A stretch of DNA of 63,961 bases, the filler included, from a bacterium (lineage in GTDB: Bacteria; UBA9089; CG2-30-40-21; SBAY01), in NCBI GenBank assembly GCA_040757115.1. It is 5 parts of 5 records of this genome, joined end to end, with 100 filler letters (N's around TTAATTAATTAA, not from the genome) between each part and the next. Parts side by side here need not be neighbours in the genome. Positions count along the whole stretch, not along the records: positions 1 to 13,568 come from JBFLYA010000103.1; 4 more parts are not named here. One strand, 5' to 3'. The notes below the pieces were generated by a model. It was not told the DNA's origin and ran no database searches. It saw nothing but the letters and a program-made list of their open reading frames with translations. The position numbers and the translations under genes were made by a program. Shown piece by piece: positions 1 through 9,323 of this stretch (position 1 is the stretch's first letter; each line of letters begins with the position of its first letter).

Positions 1-100
1 ATAAACTATAAACCATAAACTATAAACCATAAACTATAAACTATAAACTATAAACGAGTTTTGCATTTTGCTCTTTGGAGGAAATTGATAAAAATAGAGG
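1..100 (-). repeat. Contig-terminal TTTAT(A/G)G heptamer array plus element flank, the inverse of about 61211-61310
   Basis: Tandem AAAC(T/C)AT units followed by AAACGAGTTTTGCATTTTGCTCTTTGGAGGAAATTGATAAAAATAGAGG; the reverse complement occurs at 61211-61260. Confidence 0.9.
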
Positions 101-179
101 TTTTAAATACCCGCTTAAAAACTACAGTTTCCTGGTTTTGCAGAATCCTAAGTTACCAATTATAAGGAGGAAGTTAAAA

Positions 180-449
180 ATGCCAATTCATAAATCTGCT
201 CTTAAACGAGCAAGACAAAATGAAACAAGAAGACAACACAATGTTGCGGTTAAATCAACTCTAAAAACTTATACTAAAAAAGTAATTGAGGCAGTTGAGA
301 AAAAAGATGTCGAATCCGCAAAAAATGCCTTAAATACATCCATTAAAATGTTGGATAAGGCAGTGAGTAAAGGCATTATTCACAAAAATAATGCGGGCAG
401 ACGGAAATCAAAATTGACGATTAAAGTTAATAAGCTATCTTCTATGTAA
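180..449 (+). CDS. rpsT: 30S ribosomal protein S20
   Basis: MPIHKSALKRARQNETRRQHN...KGIIHKNNAGRRKSKL; AGGAGG at 165-170 supports ATG 180 over the ORF-track start at 75. Confidence 0.97.
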   Translation: MPIHKSALKRARQNETRRQHNVAVKSTLKTYTKKVIEAVEKKDVESAKNALNTSIKMLDKAVSKGIIHKNNAGRRKSKLTIKVNKLSSM

Positions 450-466
450 GTGAGGAGGGTGTAAAA

Positions 467-694
467 ATGACGATAGATAATTTGACGCGATTAGAAGAAC
501 GGGTAAATAAACTATTGGATGAAATAGAACGCTTAACGAAAGAAAACCAACAACTCCAGGAACGAATAGCCGAGTTTCCTTATGGCGATCTTGAGGCACT
601 TAAATCCGAAAATCTATCATTGAAGGATGAACAAAAACAATTGAAGGAAAGAATAAATAATATACTTACTATGACCGAAAAGGTGTTAAGATAA
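467..694 (+). CDS. ZapB-like coiled-coil cell division protein
   Basis: 75-aa heptad coiled coil (LEERVNKLLDEIERLTKENQQL) directly upstream of zapA; GAGGAGG RBS. Confidence 0.7.
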   Translation: MTIDNLTRLEERVNKLLDEIERLTKENQQLQERIAEFPYGDLEALKSENLSLKDEQKQLKERINNILTMTEKVLR

Positions 695-724
695 ATCCTT
701 CGATAGGGGGATATTTAAACTGCT

Positions 725-1003
725 ATGGAGCAAAATAAGATCGAGGTAGAAATCTTTGGCGCTAGTTATACCATTAAAAGTGATGAAAATCCTACATATA
801 CGGCAGAACTGGCTCAATTTGTCGATGAAAAAATGCGAAATATTACCCAAAAAACGGATACTGTCTCCACCGGCAAAATCGCAATATTAGCCGCTCTTCA
901 TATCGCTGATGAGCTATTTAAGATAAAAAAAACTATTGATTTTAAACTTGATAGATTAACGCGGAAAATAGATGCTAAATTAAAACAAATCCCAGAAAAA
1001 TAG
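725..1003 (+). CDS. zapA: Cell division protein ZapA
   Basis: VEIFGASYTIKS...LAQFVDEKMRNI...IAILAALHIADELF. Confidence 0.92.
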   Translation: MEQNKIEVEIFGASYTIKSDENPTYTAELAQFVDEKMRNITQKTDTVSTGKIAILAALHIADELFKIKKTIDFKLDRLTRKIDAKLKQIPEK

Positions 1004-1005
1004 TC

Positions 1006-2391
1006 TCATCTCAGTTTCTTTATTTCCCTTTTACAAATTTTAAAAATAGCATTCCTTGGACTTGAAAAATATTCATATCGGGGATAAATAAGATAGATAG
1101 AAGAATAAGAAGGGTATTTTTTTATCATTATTTCTAAATTTCCCTTTTTCTTTTTGCAAGTAATAACCTTAATGTCTTTGCGGAGAAAAGAAACATTCTG
1201 GCAATACCAAAAACAAGTCGCATACCCCCAATTAGAGATGACTAAAGAATTATGGGGTAGCCAGCGTAATGCTTGAGAACAAAAGTCATAGGGGGAAAAA
1301 TACTTGCTCCGGTCAATTTTATATCCACCCAGCCAATATGGTAATTGAAAAGAAAAAAATAAACTAATAATTATAATGGCTTGTGTCCAGAGTTGTTTAT
1401 GCGGCGAAGTCCTTTTGATTAAAAACCAAATCCCCATGCCAATGAATAATGAAAAGAATAGATAAGTGGGAAGATATAAACTCCAAATATCACCAATGTC
1501 ATAATTTATACAAAAGATAACCAAAAATAACCACATTAAAGAGATAAGAAGTGTAAAATTTTTATTAAATGATTTAAGGAAACCTATAATTCCGAAACTA
1601 AAGGCAAAAGCAGGAAATTGGGTAATGAGTAAGAGAAAATAATGCCACAAATTTTTAGTGACCTCAAAAACTGGGCTACAAAAGAGTAATTTCTTAAAGT
1701 GGCTACCAGAGATATAGTTGAAAAAATCCTTGAAAGTAGTAACTTTACTCCAGTTGACTACGATAATATCATCAAATGACCGTATGGGAATGTAAAGATA
1801 GATACTCAAACCGAGGAAAAAAGGCAGGATGAATTTACCCAGCTGTCTAACTCGTTCTTTGATAATAAAATAGAAAAAAACAGGTAGAAAAAGGATAATT
1901 GTCAGATGATTCCCAAGGCTTAAACCATAGATAAAAAAGAAAAGGTAAAGCAAAAGTGTTTTTTTGCCTTGCCGCCAGATTAAAAAGATTACGATTAATA
2001 GACTTAGAAGGAAAATATTAAGTGTATAGACCTCAGCTTTGGTCGAAAGCGTCCAGCAGGTATAAGAAAACCCAAAACAAAAACTGGACATTAACCCTGA
2101 AAATCGAGACTGGGTAATGAAAAAGATAATGAGAAATATCAAACTACAACTAAGTGCAGAAAAGAGAGCGGACATTAAGTTTAATCTGAAGGCAATCTCG
2201 CCAAATGGAAGAAAGGTAAAGAGTTTACCTAGTAAAAGATAGAGGGGATAACCAGGGGCATGGGCAATGCTTAATAAATAGGCACAGGTAGCCAATTCAC
2301 CACTATCATCTAATCCAACTCCAGGAGTTAATGTTCGAAGATAAACACCAAAAGTAAAAAAGAAGATAAATAACGATAGCCATTTGTTCAT
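1006..2391 (-). CDS. DUF2723 (TMEM260-like) GT-C membrane glycosyltransferase
   Basis: YLRTLTPGVGLDDSGELATCAYLLSIAHAPGYPLY, AEVYTL and SLGNH motifs; many TM segments. Start moved to ATG 2391 because the ORF-track TTG is the -35 box. Confidence 0.85.
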   Translation of the reverse strand: MNKWLSLFIFFFTFGVYLRTLTPGVGLDDSGELATCAYLLSIAHAPGYPLYLLLGKLFTFLPFGEIAFRLNLMSALFSALSCSLIFLIIFFITQSRFSGLMSSFCFGFSYTCWTLSTKAEVYTLNIFLLSLLIVIFLIWRQGKKTLLLYLFFFIYGLSLGNHLTIILFLPVFFYFIIKERVRQLGKFILPFFLGLSIYLYIPIRSFDDIIVVNWSKVTTFKDFFNYISGSHFKKLLFCSPVFEVTKNLWHYFLLLITQFPAFAFSFGIIGFLKSFNKNFTLLISLMWLFLVIFCINYDIGDIWSLYLPTYLFFSLFIGMGIWFLIKRTSPHKQLWTQAIIIISLFFSFQLPYWLGGYKIDRSKYFSPYDFCSQALRWLPHNSLVISNWGYATCFWYCQNVSFLRKDIKVITCKKKKGNLEIMIKKYPSYSSIYLIYPRYEYFSSPRNAIFKICKREIKKLR

Positions 2392-2398
2392 CGGTAAT

Positions 2399-2427
2399 AT
2401 TATATATTTATTATTCCTTAAAGTCAA
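2399..2427 (-). promoter_or_regulatory. Sigma70-type promoter, probably leaderless transcript
   Basis: TTGACT-N17-TATAAT then 7 nt to ATG 2391; no Shine-Dalgarno. Confidence 0.75.
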
Positions 2428-2435
2428 CTTTTTTG

Positions 2436-2679
2436 GTAACCGTTCACCGCACAGACACAGAGACGCAGAGAAAAAATTAAAAACTATTTACCAGACGCAG
2501 GATTCCATCACGGATTTTCATCAGTGCAATCTTTTGAGGACCGACATCTCATGATTGATTAACAATTGGGTTTTGATGTCCTATGTATTCCAATGATTGC
2601 CTCAATAATCTTTTCTGTTATCTGATTTATTTCTCTGTTCCTCTGCGTCTCTGCGGTAAATTACCACCTGAACGCTTAC
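2436..2679. mobile_element. Family A MITE-like element (GTAACCGTTCA...TGAACGCTTAC) with an internally deleted GxxExxY remnant on the minus strand
   Basis: Terminal inverted repeats; inverted CGCAGAGA(C)-type arms; minus-strand EINQITEKIIEAIIGIHRT and DGILRLVNSF-stop; no clear TSD. Confidence 0.8.
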
Positions 2680-2701
2680 AAAGAATCAGAATGGGACGAA
2701 A

Positions 2702-3430
2702 ATGCATCTTTTTGATGATTTAATAAATTTTATCTTTCCATCTAAATGTAGAACTTGTGGTAAATTGCTTCCAACTTTAGCAGAAAAATATATCTGTAAT
2801 GAATGTTTCTCAAAGATAAACAGGGTCAGTCCTCCTTATTGTGATAAGTGCGGAAAGATGTTAGTCGAGTCATTTAACGAGATTGAAAAACCCCTATGTG
2901 AAGAATGCCAGATTCACAAAAGACACTTTTTTAAAGCACGAATAATGGGTGTTTATGAAGGTATTTTACGAGAGAGTATTCATATATTTAAGTTTGAAAA
3001 GAAGATATGTATGCAAAAGCCACTAAGCGAATTACTGGTTAATTATCTTAAAGAACAACAAGGAGATTTAATTAGCCAGATTGACTTTATCATCCCGGTG
3101 CCATTACATCGAAAAAGATTTAGAGTGCGTGGGTTTAATCAGGCACAACTGTTAGCCTTTCATATTGGCAGGTATTTTAATCTACCATTAAATCTTGACC
3201 TGAAACGAATTAGATTTACCACGCCGCAGATGAATCTGGAAAGGGAACAGCGGATACAAAACATAAAAGGTGCATTTGCGGTAAAAAATCAGCATATAAT
3301 TACGGACAAACATCTATTATTAGTCGATGATATTTTCACCACCGGAGCAACTGTAAATGAATGCAGTAAAGTGCTTATGAAAGCAGGAGCAAAACAGGTC
3401 TTTGTCTTAACATTAGCCAGGGGAAGATAA
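2702..3430 (+). CDS. comF: ComF family double-zinc-ribbon / phosphoribosyltransferase protein
   Basis: N-terminal CxxC pairs, IIPVPLH, RGFNQA, LLVDDIFTTGATVNECSKVL. Confidence 0.93.
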   Translation: MHLFDDLINFIFPSKCRTCGKLLPTLAEKYICNECFSKINRVSPPYCDKCGKMLVESFNEIEKPLCEECQIHKRHFFKARIMGVYEGILRESIHIFKFEKKICMQKPLSELLVNYLKEQQGDLISQIDFIIPVPLHRKRFRVRGFNQAQLLAFHIGRYFNLPLNLDLKRIRFTTPQMNLEREQRIQNIKGAFAVKNQHIITDKHLLLVDDIFTTGATVNECSKVLMKAGAKQVFVLTLARGR

Positions 3431-3500
3431 TCACTGGTGGTCCACTTTAGTTTGAAAAGGGGTAAGCATTCAGATAACAGAGAGCAGTGGACAGAAATTT

Positions 3501-3936
3501 GTAAGCATTCAGGTGGTGTAACAAAAGGAGATGTGGAGATTAAGGAGATAGGGAGATTTATTAGAAATTAGTAGAAACTAATAGAAATTTATGGAAATTT
3601 GGGTGGTGTCTGAAAATAACGCTAAGAGTGAAATCTATGCAGATTTGGTGTAAAAAAGGGGATAAGGAGATAAAAGGAGATATGGAGATTATTCATTGTA
3701 ATTTGCAAAATTTTAGAATGAATTTATCTCCTAATCTCCATAATCCCCATATCTCCTTTTCGGACACTATTTCAACCTTTATGCTAGATTGAGACACCAC
3801 CGAAATTTGTTGTTTTCCACAATCAATTTCTACCTATTTCTATAAATTTCAATCTATTTCTATTATCTTATCTCCATATCACCCTTATCTCCTTATCCCC
3901 TTTCTTACACTTTTGATATATAGCCTGAACGGTTAC
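3501..3936. mobile_element. Family A MITE-like element with GGAGATA-type arms, containing a nested family B element
   Basis: GTAAGCATTCAGG...CCTGAACGGTTAC flanked by 8-bp direct repeat AGAAATTT; its halves recur at 13669-13801 and 40539-40600. Confidence 0.9.
3602..3801. mobile_element. Family B MITE-like element (GGTGGTGTCT...AGACACCACC)
   Basis: 10-bp TIR, 8-bp TSD GAAATTTG; near-identical inverted copy at 10652-10851. Confidence 0.92.
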
Positions 3937-4012
3937 AGAAATTTGACCTCTTCCCCTGTTAAGTTTTTAATAATCTATGTCGATATTAATTAAAGGAGGT
4001 GAATAAAGAAAG

Positions 4013-4408
4013 ATGGCCGCAGTTACTCCTTTAGTAACTCAAGTTGATTTCCTAAAATTATTAGTTACTCAACTCGAATACCAAAATCCATTGGACCCAC
4101 TAGATAATGCAGAGTTCCTTGGTCAAATGGCAGAATTCTCTAATTTACAACAATTGATTAGTTTGAACGAAAATTTCAGTGAATTGACTACTAATTTCGC
4201 ATCCCTTAATAGTTCTATGCTAAAAACTCAAGCATTATCCCTCCTTAATACAGTAGTAAATTTTACAGACCCGGTAAACGGTGAGATTTTCACAGGCATG
4301 GTATATCAGGTAAAATTTATCGAGGGGATTCCGAAATTAACTGTTATTCACGACCAGGGAACATCCGAAATAGGACTTGATAATATCATTAGTGTTATGG
4401 TTCGGTAA
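4013..4408 (+). CDS. flgD: Flagellar hook capping protein FlgD (short form)
   Basis: DFLKLLVTQLEYQNPLDPLDNAEFLGQMAEFSNLQQL. Confidence 0.93.
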   Translation: MAAVTPLVTQVDFLKLLVTQLEYQNPLDPLDNAEFLGQMAEFSNLQQLISLNENFSELTTNFASLNSSMLKTQALSLLNTVVNFTDPVNGEIFTGMVYQVKFIEGIPKLTVIHDQGTSEIGLDNIISVMVR

Positions 4409-4433
4409 AACTGATATTGAAAGGAAATAAAGA

Positions 4434-4757
4434 ATGGAACCATTAGACATAGAGGTTAATTTAGCTCAACAGGCAGAAGTAGGTAGAATGCAACAAGCCG
4501 GGATATACCAGATAAATGCCTGGCAAGAACAAATAGCAGGTAAACTGGAATTAGAGGCTGAAACTTCTCAAACATCAGTTCAAACCACTCAATTATCAGA
4601 AGAAGAACAAATTGAAAAAAGAAAAGGTGACCGTAACAAAAATCCATACTGGTGGAAAAAACAGTACCAGTATAAACAAATAAATAATATTCATCTTGAA
4701 GAGATACAACCAATTCCTCATCCAATCAAAGGTAGATTCATTGATGTCTTTAGATAA
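4434..4757 (+). CDS. Hypothetical protein, possibly flagellum-associated
   Basis: Follows flgD; Gln/Glu-rich; C-terminal HPIKGRFIDV motif. Confidence 0.55.
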   Translation: MEPLDIEVNLAQQAEVGRMQQAGIYQINAWQEQIAGKLELEAETSQTSVQTTQLSEEEQIEKRKGDRNKNPYWWKKQYQYKQINNIHLEEIQPIPHPIKGRFIDVFR

Positions 4758-4794
4758 AGGTAGCCCTTCAGATACGACGGCACAAGAAATGTGC

Positions 4795-5168
4795 GTATGT
4801 GTTTAGCGTGTTCTGAATGATGCTAATTTAAGGCGTAACTCTTTGGTAAATAATAAGATGCCGATGTAAAATATTCCACGAAGAGCTTAATGCAAATATC
4901 AAAATGTAAAAAGCAAAATGACAAAGCAAAATGCAAAAATACTTGTAAGGCAATAAAAAAAATCAAATATTAAAAATCAAAAATAAGAATAAAAGAATTC
5001 CTTAATTTTGATATTTGCTCTTTGATTTTTGATATGATATTTGATATGTCATTTTGCATTTTAATATTTAATTTTTGATTTTGTATTACACAACTTGTTG
5101 TGTTTGAAGTGGTTTCGCACTAAGTCAGTACCATTCATTTGTGCTCTCTGACCACGCTAAACAGGTAC
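4795..5168. mobile_element. Family D MITE-like element (GTA.GTGTTTAGCGTG...CACGCTAAACAGGTAC) with AAATATC/AAAATG(C/T) heptamer arms
   Basis: TIRs; flanking near-direct repeat GAAAT(G/A)TGC; close copy at 17249-17567 and partial inverted copy at about 27520-27700. Confidence 0.88.
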
Positions 5169-5217
5169 GAAATATGCCTCCGTATCTTAGTGAGGCGAAT
5201 AGTTACGAAGGAGGAAG

Positions 5218-5658
5218 ATGTCAGGTATGAGTGATAATGAGAGTAAGAATTTTTGGCTTACAATTCCAGGTATTATCACTGGAATATCTGCTTTTGTCAC
5301 CGCAATAGGTGGACTTCTAATCGCACTTCATCAAACCGGACTGTTGGGACGACCAAATAACCCTTCGCAACAGATAGAGATTAAAAGAGACAAAGTCTAT
5401 GTTGTGGGTAATGTTCGTGATGAATCAGGTAATCCTTTGAGCGGGGCAACTATCATTGCTATTAATACAGATAATAAACAGGAAATTGGAAAAGAAACAG
5501 CAGATACGGATGGTTCTTTTGAGATGAAGCTGGAATTCGACCGAAACAAAGACCGCATTAAGTTAATAACCCAAAAAGATGGTTATGAAAAGTATACGAT
5601 AGTATTAGGAACTGAGCAGGTTTCGTATCCATCAATATTGCTCAAAAGTAAAAATTGA
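5218..5658 (+). CDS. Membrane-anchored protein with a carboxypeptidase-regulatory-like beta-sandwich domain
   Basis: N-terminal TM helix; GNVRDESGNPLSGATI...TADTDGSF...KDGY. Confidence 0.7.
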   Translation: MSGMSDNESKNFWLTIPGIITGISAFVTAIGGLLIALHQTGLLGRPNNPSQQIEIKRDKVYVVGNVRDESGNPLSGATIIAINTDNKQEIGKETADTDGSFEMKLEFDRNKDRIKLITQKDGYEKYTIVLGTEQVSYPSILLKSKN

Positions 5659-5667
5659 GAGGTAATT

Positions 5668-6552
5668 ATGACTTTGAAATTAAAAAGTATTATTTATGCA
5701 ATTAAGTCTATCGTTTTAACTCCGAAGTTTTTTCTTCTTATTTTAATATTCATCATTATTTCTAATGTCCAGGCTCAGCGCTTATTGCCTAAAAGCATAA
5801 TATCAATAAAAGATAAGGCTGAAATGGTGCTAATCCCTGAAGGTCCATTTATTTCGGGTATGAACCAGAATGACATTAGAAATCTTATAAGAGGACTTAG
5901 GACACCAATGATGGATATCTATAAATCTGAATTCCCAATGAAAAATAAAATTCTTGGGAATTATTACATAGACCGTTACGAAGTTACAAATGAACAATAT
6001 GAACGCTTTATGAAAGAAACAGGTCATCGAGCTCCGAAATATTGGGACTGGCCTCAATTCAACGGTAAGCGTCAACCGGTAGTCGGTGTAGGATGGGAAG
6101 ATGCGAAAGCCTACTGCGAATGGGCAGGGAAAAGGTTACCAACTGAGGATGAATGGGAAAAAGCGGCACGAGGGACCGAAGGATGGATATGGCCATGGGG
6201 AAATACGCCAGATGAAGGAAATTTTAACGGCAGGGAACAGGCAAACTATGGCCCTGTAAATGTAGGCTGTTTTCCATCAGGCAATAGTCCTTATGGAATC
6301 AGTGATATGGCGGGCAATGTCTGGGAGATGACTTCTGGTATTTGGTGGAAAGGTAAGGATAAAACAATGCACACAATGCGTGGAGGTTCTTTTCTTAATA
6401 TATCTCCAGATGTTCGAGTAACTATCCGTTGGGCCGCTAAGAATGAAAAAGAGGGCGCAGAGTGGCTTGGCTTTCGTTGTATAATGGATGTTAAAGATAT
6501 GGAAAGATTTTCTACTAAACCTATTTTGAAACCGGGACGCATTAAAAAATAA
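5668..6552 (+). CDS. SUMF1 / formylglycine-generating-enzyme family protein, secreted
   Basis: YYIDRYEVTNEQY, PVVGVGWEDAKAYCEWAGKRLPTEDEWEKAARG, DMAGNVWE, RGGSF, GFRC. Confidence 0.92.
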   Translation: MTLKLKSIIYAIKSIVLTPKFFLLILIFIIISNVQAQRLLPKSIISIKDKAEMVLIPEGPFISGMNQNDIRNLIRGLRTPMMDIYKSEFPMKNKILGNYYIDRYEVTNEQYERFMKETGHRAPKYWDWPQFNGKRQPVVGVGWEDAKAYCEWAGKRLPTEDEWEKAARGTEGWIWPWGNTPDEGNFNGREQANYGPVNVGCFPSGNSPYGISDMAGNVWEMTSGIWWKGKDKTMHTMRGGSFLNISPDVRVTIRWAAKNEKEGAEWLGFRCIMDVKDMERFSTKPILKPGRIKK

Positions 6553-8580
6553 ATGAGTAATATTAAACGCTTGTCTATTCCTAATTCTATCCTTATACTA
6601 ACTCTTATTATCTGGTTTGGTTTGGTGGCAATAAATTACTATAAACATCACCCTTCGCTCTATCAGACACTTACGGGCTTAATTGAAATCTCGAGTGTCT
6701 TGTTCTTTCTTATCTTCATTTTACTTACTGCATTTCTTGGTGGGCATACTCTTTTCAATCTTTTTAAAATCGAGATTAAAGGATTAGAAAAATTCCTGTT
6801 TTCTATGGGGCTTGGGTTTGGGGTATTAATGTATTTAACCTTTTTTTTAGCCACGGCTGGGTTATTATATACTCAAGCGGTCTGTGGGGTAATGATAGCC
6901 ATTATCTTTTTGAGTATTAAAGATTTAAAAAAACTCATCCCTCAGAAACAGAAAAAGAAACCTAATCTTTCCCAAAAGACAAAAAATTATTCTTTACTTG
7001 ATTTAAGTTTAGCCGTTATTTTGTGTCTTACTATTCTTGGGGTTTTAATTAGCACATTGACACCTCATATCTCCTGGGATTGTGCGGTTTATCATTTGAA
7101 TGTTCCAAAATTCTATCTAAAAGAACATAGATTTATCCCAATTCTTCATATTGTTGCCTCTAATATGCCTTTCAATATCGAGATGCTTTATACCATAGCC
7201 CTTTCTTTGAAAAATCCTGTTGTGGCTAAACTCATCCATTTCTCATTCGGGATTTTAACCCTGTTATGTATCTATTCTTTTTGTAAAAGATACTTCAATC
7301 AACAGATAGGTCTATGGTCAATGGTAATTTTTTATCTAAATCCTGTGACACTTTTTGTGGCTAACATTTCCTATATAGATTTAGCGGTAACTTATTATTT
7401 TCTCCTGGCCTGCTATGATTTTTTTCTATGGTCAGACCCGATGAATCAGGATGCGAAAAAGGGACGATGGTTAATTTTAATGGCGATATTTTGTGGAATT
7501 ATGATGGGCGCAAAATATACCGCCGTCTTTGGTACATTTATTCTTGGTGCTGGGATTTTTATAAAACTCTTTTTTTCAGAGCAGGTTAATTTTTTTAAAA
7601 TATCAAAGCAAACCTTACTTTTTGCTTTTATCTCCTCTCTCTTTGTTATCCCCTGGCTTATCAAGAGTTATCTATTTACTGGCAATCCTGTTTATCCAGC
7701 GGCTTATAATCTATTTGGCGGAATTAACTGGGATAAGGAACTTGCTGACCAATTTGCAAAGTGGCAGTTTGGTAAAATGGGTAAAAAAGAGATATTATCA
7801 TATCTCCTACTTCCCTGGCAAATGACTATTCATGGAAATTATGGACAGATATTTGATGGTATTTTGAGTCCACTCTATTTAATTTTTATCCCTTTTCTTA
7901 TCTTCCTTAAGGAAAGAAATAAGGTCATAATCTATTTATTATGTTATTCTATGTCCTTTTTTATATTATGGAGTCTTTCTATTCAAATTTTGAGGTATCT
8001 GTTGCCTATTGTGCCGCTGTGGAGCATTATTGTAAGTTATGTGATAGATGCCGTTTCACACAAAGGCAAAATTCATAAGATAGCTATCTGGACGCCGACA
8101 TTGATTATCCTCCTTTCCATTCAACTTCCTCATCTTTTTCAGTATTCGACTGATGTTTTGGCCGCGGTCGGGTTAGAAAGTAAAGATGCTTACATCAGCC
8201 GAACATTTCCTCCATATAAGGTATTTAAGTATATAAATGAGAAACTAAGTGACCGTGCAAAAATCCTTTGTTTATGGGAAAATCGTGGGTTTTATTGTGA
8301 GCGGGAATACTTAGCGGATAGTTTCTTCGAGGCATCTCATATGTTAAAAATGATTCGAAAATGTGGGAGTGCACCACAACTATTAGAAGAGTTAAGAAAA
8401 CAAGGAATTACACATATCCTTATAAATAAACAATTAGCCGCAATCTTTTATGACAAAAAAGGTGTAGAAATAAAGATAATTGAGGAATTTCTCGGTAGAT
8501 ATTGTCATCTTCTCTATTCGGAAAATGATGTGGATTTGTATGAGATAACTGTTCAGCCACTAATTAGCACGGATAAATAA
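6553..8580 (+). CDS. GT-C (ArnT/PMT-like) membrane glycosyltransferase
   Basis: Polytopic; WDCAVYHLNVPK, YIDL, TGNPVYP, RYLLP; the last codons lie in a family A element end. Confidence 0.8.
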   Translation: MSNIKRLSIPNSILILTLIIWFGLVAINYYKHHPSLYQTLTGLIEISSVLFFLIFILLTAFLGGHTLFNLFKIEIKGLEKFLFSMGLGFGVLMYLTFFLATAGLLYTQAVCGVMIAIIFLSIKDLKKLIPQKQKKKPNLSQKTKNYSLLDLSLAVILCLTILGVLISTLTPHISWDCAVYHLNVPKFYLKEHRFIPILHIVASNMPFNIEMLYTIALSLKNPVVAKLIHFSFGILTLLCIYSFCKRYFNQQIGLWSMVIFYLNPVTLFVANISYIDLAVTYYFLLACYDFFLWSDPMNQDAKKGRWLILMAIFCGIMMGAKYTAVFGTFILGAGIFIKLFFSEQVNFFKISKQTLLFAFISSLFVIPWLIKSYLFTGNPVYPAAYNLFGGINWDKELADQFAKWQFGKMGKKEILSYLLLPWQMTIHGNYGQIFDGILSPLYLIFIPFLIFLKERNKVIIYLLCYSMSFFILWSLSIQILRYLLPIVPLWSIIVSYVIDAVSHKGKIHKIAIWTPTLIILLSIQLPHLFQYSTDVLAAVGLESKDAYISRTFPPYKVFKYINEKLSDRAKILCLWENRGFYCEREYLADSFFEASHMLKMIRKCGSAPQLLEELRKQGITHILINKQLAAIFYDKKGVEIKIIEEFLGRYCHLLYSENDVDLYEITVQPLISTDK

Positions 8581-8601
8581 TAGAGGAGAGACGGCACGGT
8601 G

Positions 8602-8798
8602 CTAGGGTCGTGTTGAGTAAGTTTTGCACGGGGTATCATCAGATTTCATAACCTGCAAACGGATAATTAGTAACTGGTAACTGGTAATTGGTTAAATAGT
8701 TTCGTCCTGAGCTCAGCCGAACGGTATTTAATTACCAGTTACCAATCACCAGTTACCAGAATCAAATTCCGTGCGTTATTTGTTCAACATGACACTAG
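8602..8798. mobile_element. CTAG-bounded MITE-like element with inverted GGTAACT heptamer arms
   Basis: CTAGGGTCGTGTTGA...TCAACATGACACTAG; CTAG at both ends, as with IS5-like targets; partial inverted copy at about 53073-53195. Confidence 0.8.
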
Positions 8799-8899
8799 AA
8801 ACTTCATCATTCTACATTCAGTATTCTACATTCGATATTCAATATTATTCCTGTTACCTAAACGATTACGATATTTTTAAAAAATTCTCGGTCAGCCTC

Positions 8900-8929
8900 T
8901 TGACAAAATGGAAAGAATTGTTTTATACT
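8900..8929 (+). promoter_or_regulatory. Sigma70-type promoter upstream of the histidine kinase
   Basis: TTGACA-N18-TATACT. Confidence 0.55.
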
Positions 8930-8964
8930 TAAATTGAACATTGGAATTGATAATGACTATATTT

Positions 8965-9273
8965 GTAAGCGTTCAGGTGTAAGTAGCACAAGTAATTATT
9001 TTTTATTCACTGCAATTCAGACACTGGACATCAGACACAAGACTATAGACTCTATTTATGCAGGGAATTAGGTAAACGTTCAGCTACTTAAAAAAATAAC
9101 TGTAAAATGTAAAATGAGCAATTAAAAATTTAAAAGTCAATTCTGTGTTCTGGCAGTAAGAATTGATTTCCCAATCATCTTGCATTTCATCTATCCTCTC
9201 ATTTTACATTTTTCATTTTACATTGCCCATTTTACATTATTATTAGATATTTTGTAATGACCTGAACGCTTAC
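8965..9273. mobile_element. Family A MITE-like element with AAAATGT heptamer arms
   Basis: Perfect 15-bp TIR GTAAGCGTTCAGGT../..ACCTGAACGCTTAC core; 8-bp TSD CTATATTT. Confidence 0.92.
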
Positions 9274-9323
9274 CTATATTTGAAACCAATTATTGATAAC
9301 CGATTACCGACAACTAATAAAAG

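Noticed and set aside
75-179. N-terminal extensions in the ORF track (rpsT, DUF2723, mgtC, export protein, pcrA, RACo)
   Set aside because: The upstream TTG/GTG starts fall in -35 boxes or repeat DNA; family alignment begins at the downstream ATG
1003-1010. 6S RNA expected after zapA
   Set aside because: A convergent gene ends 2 nt after the zapA stop, leaving no room
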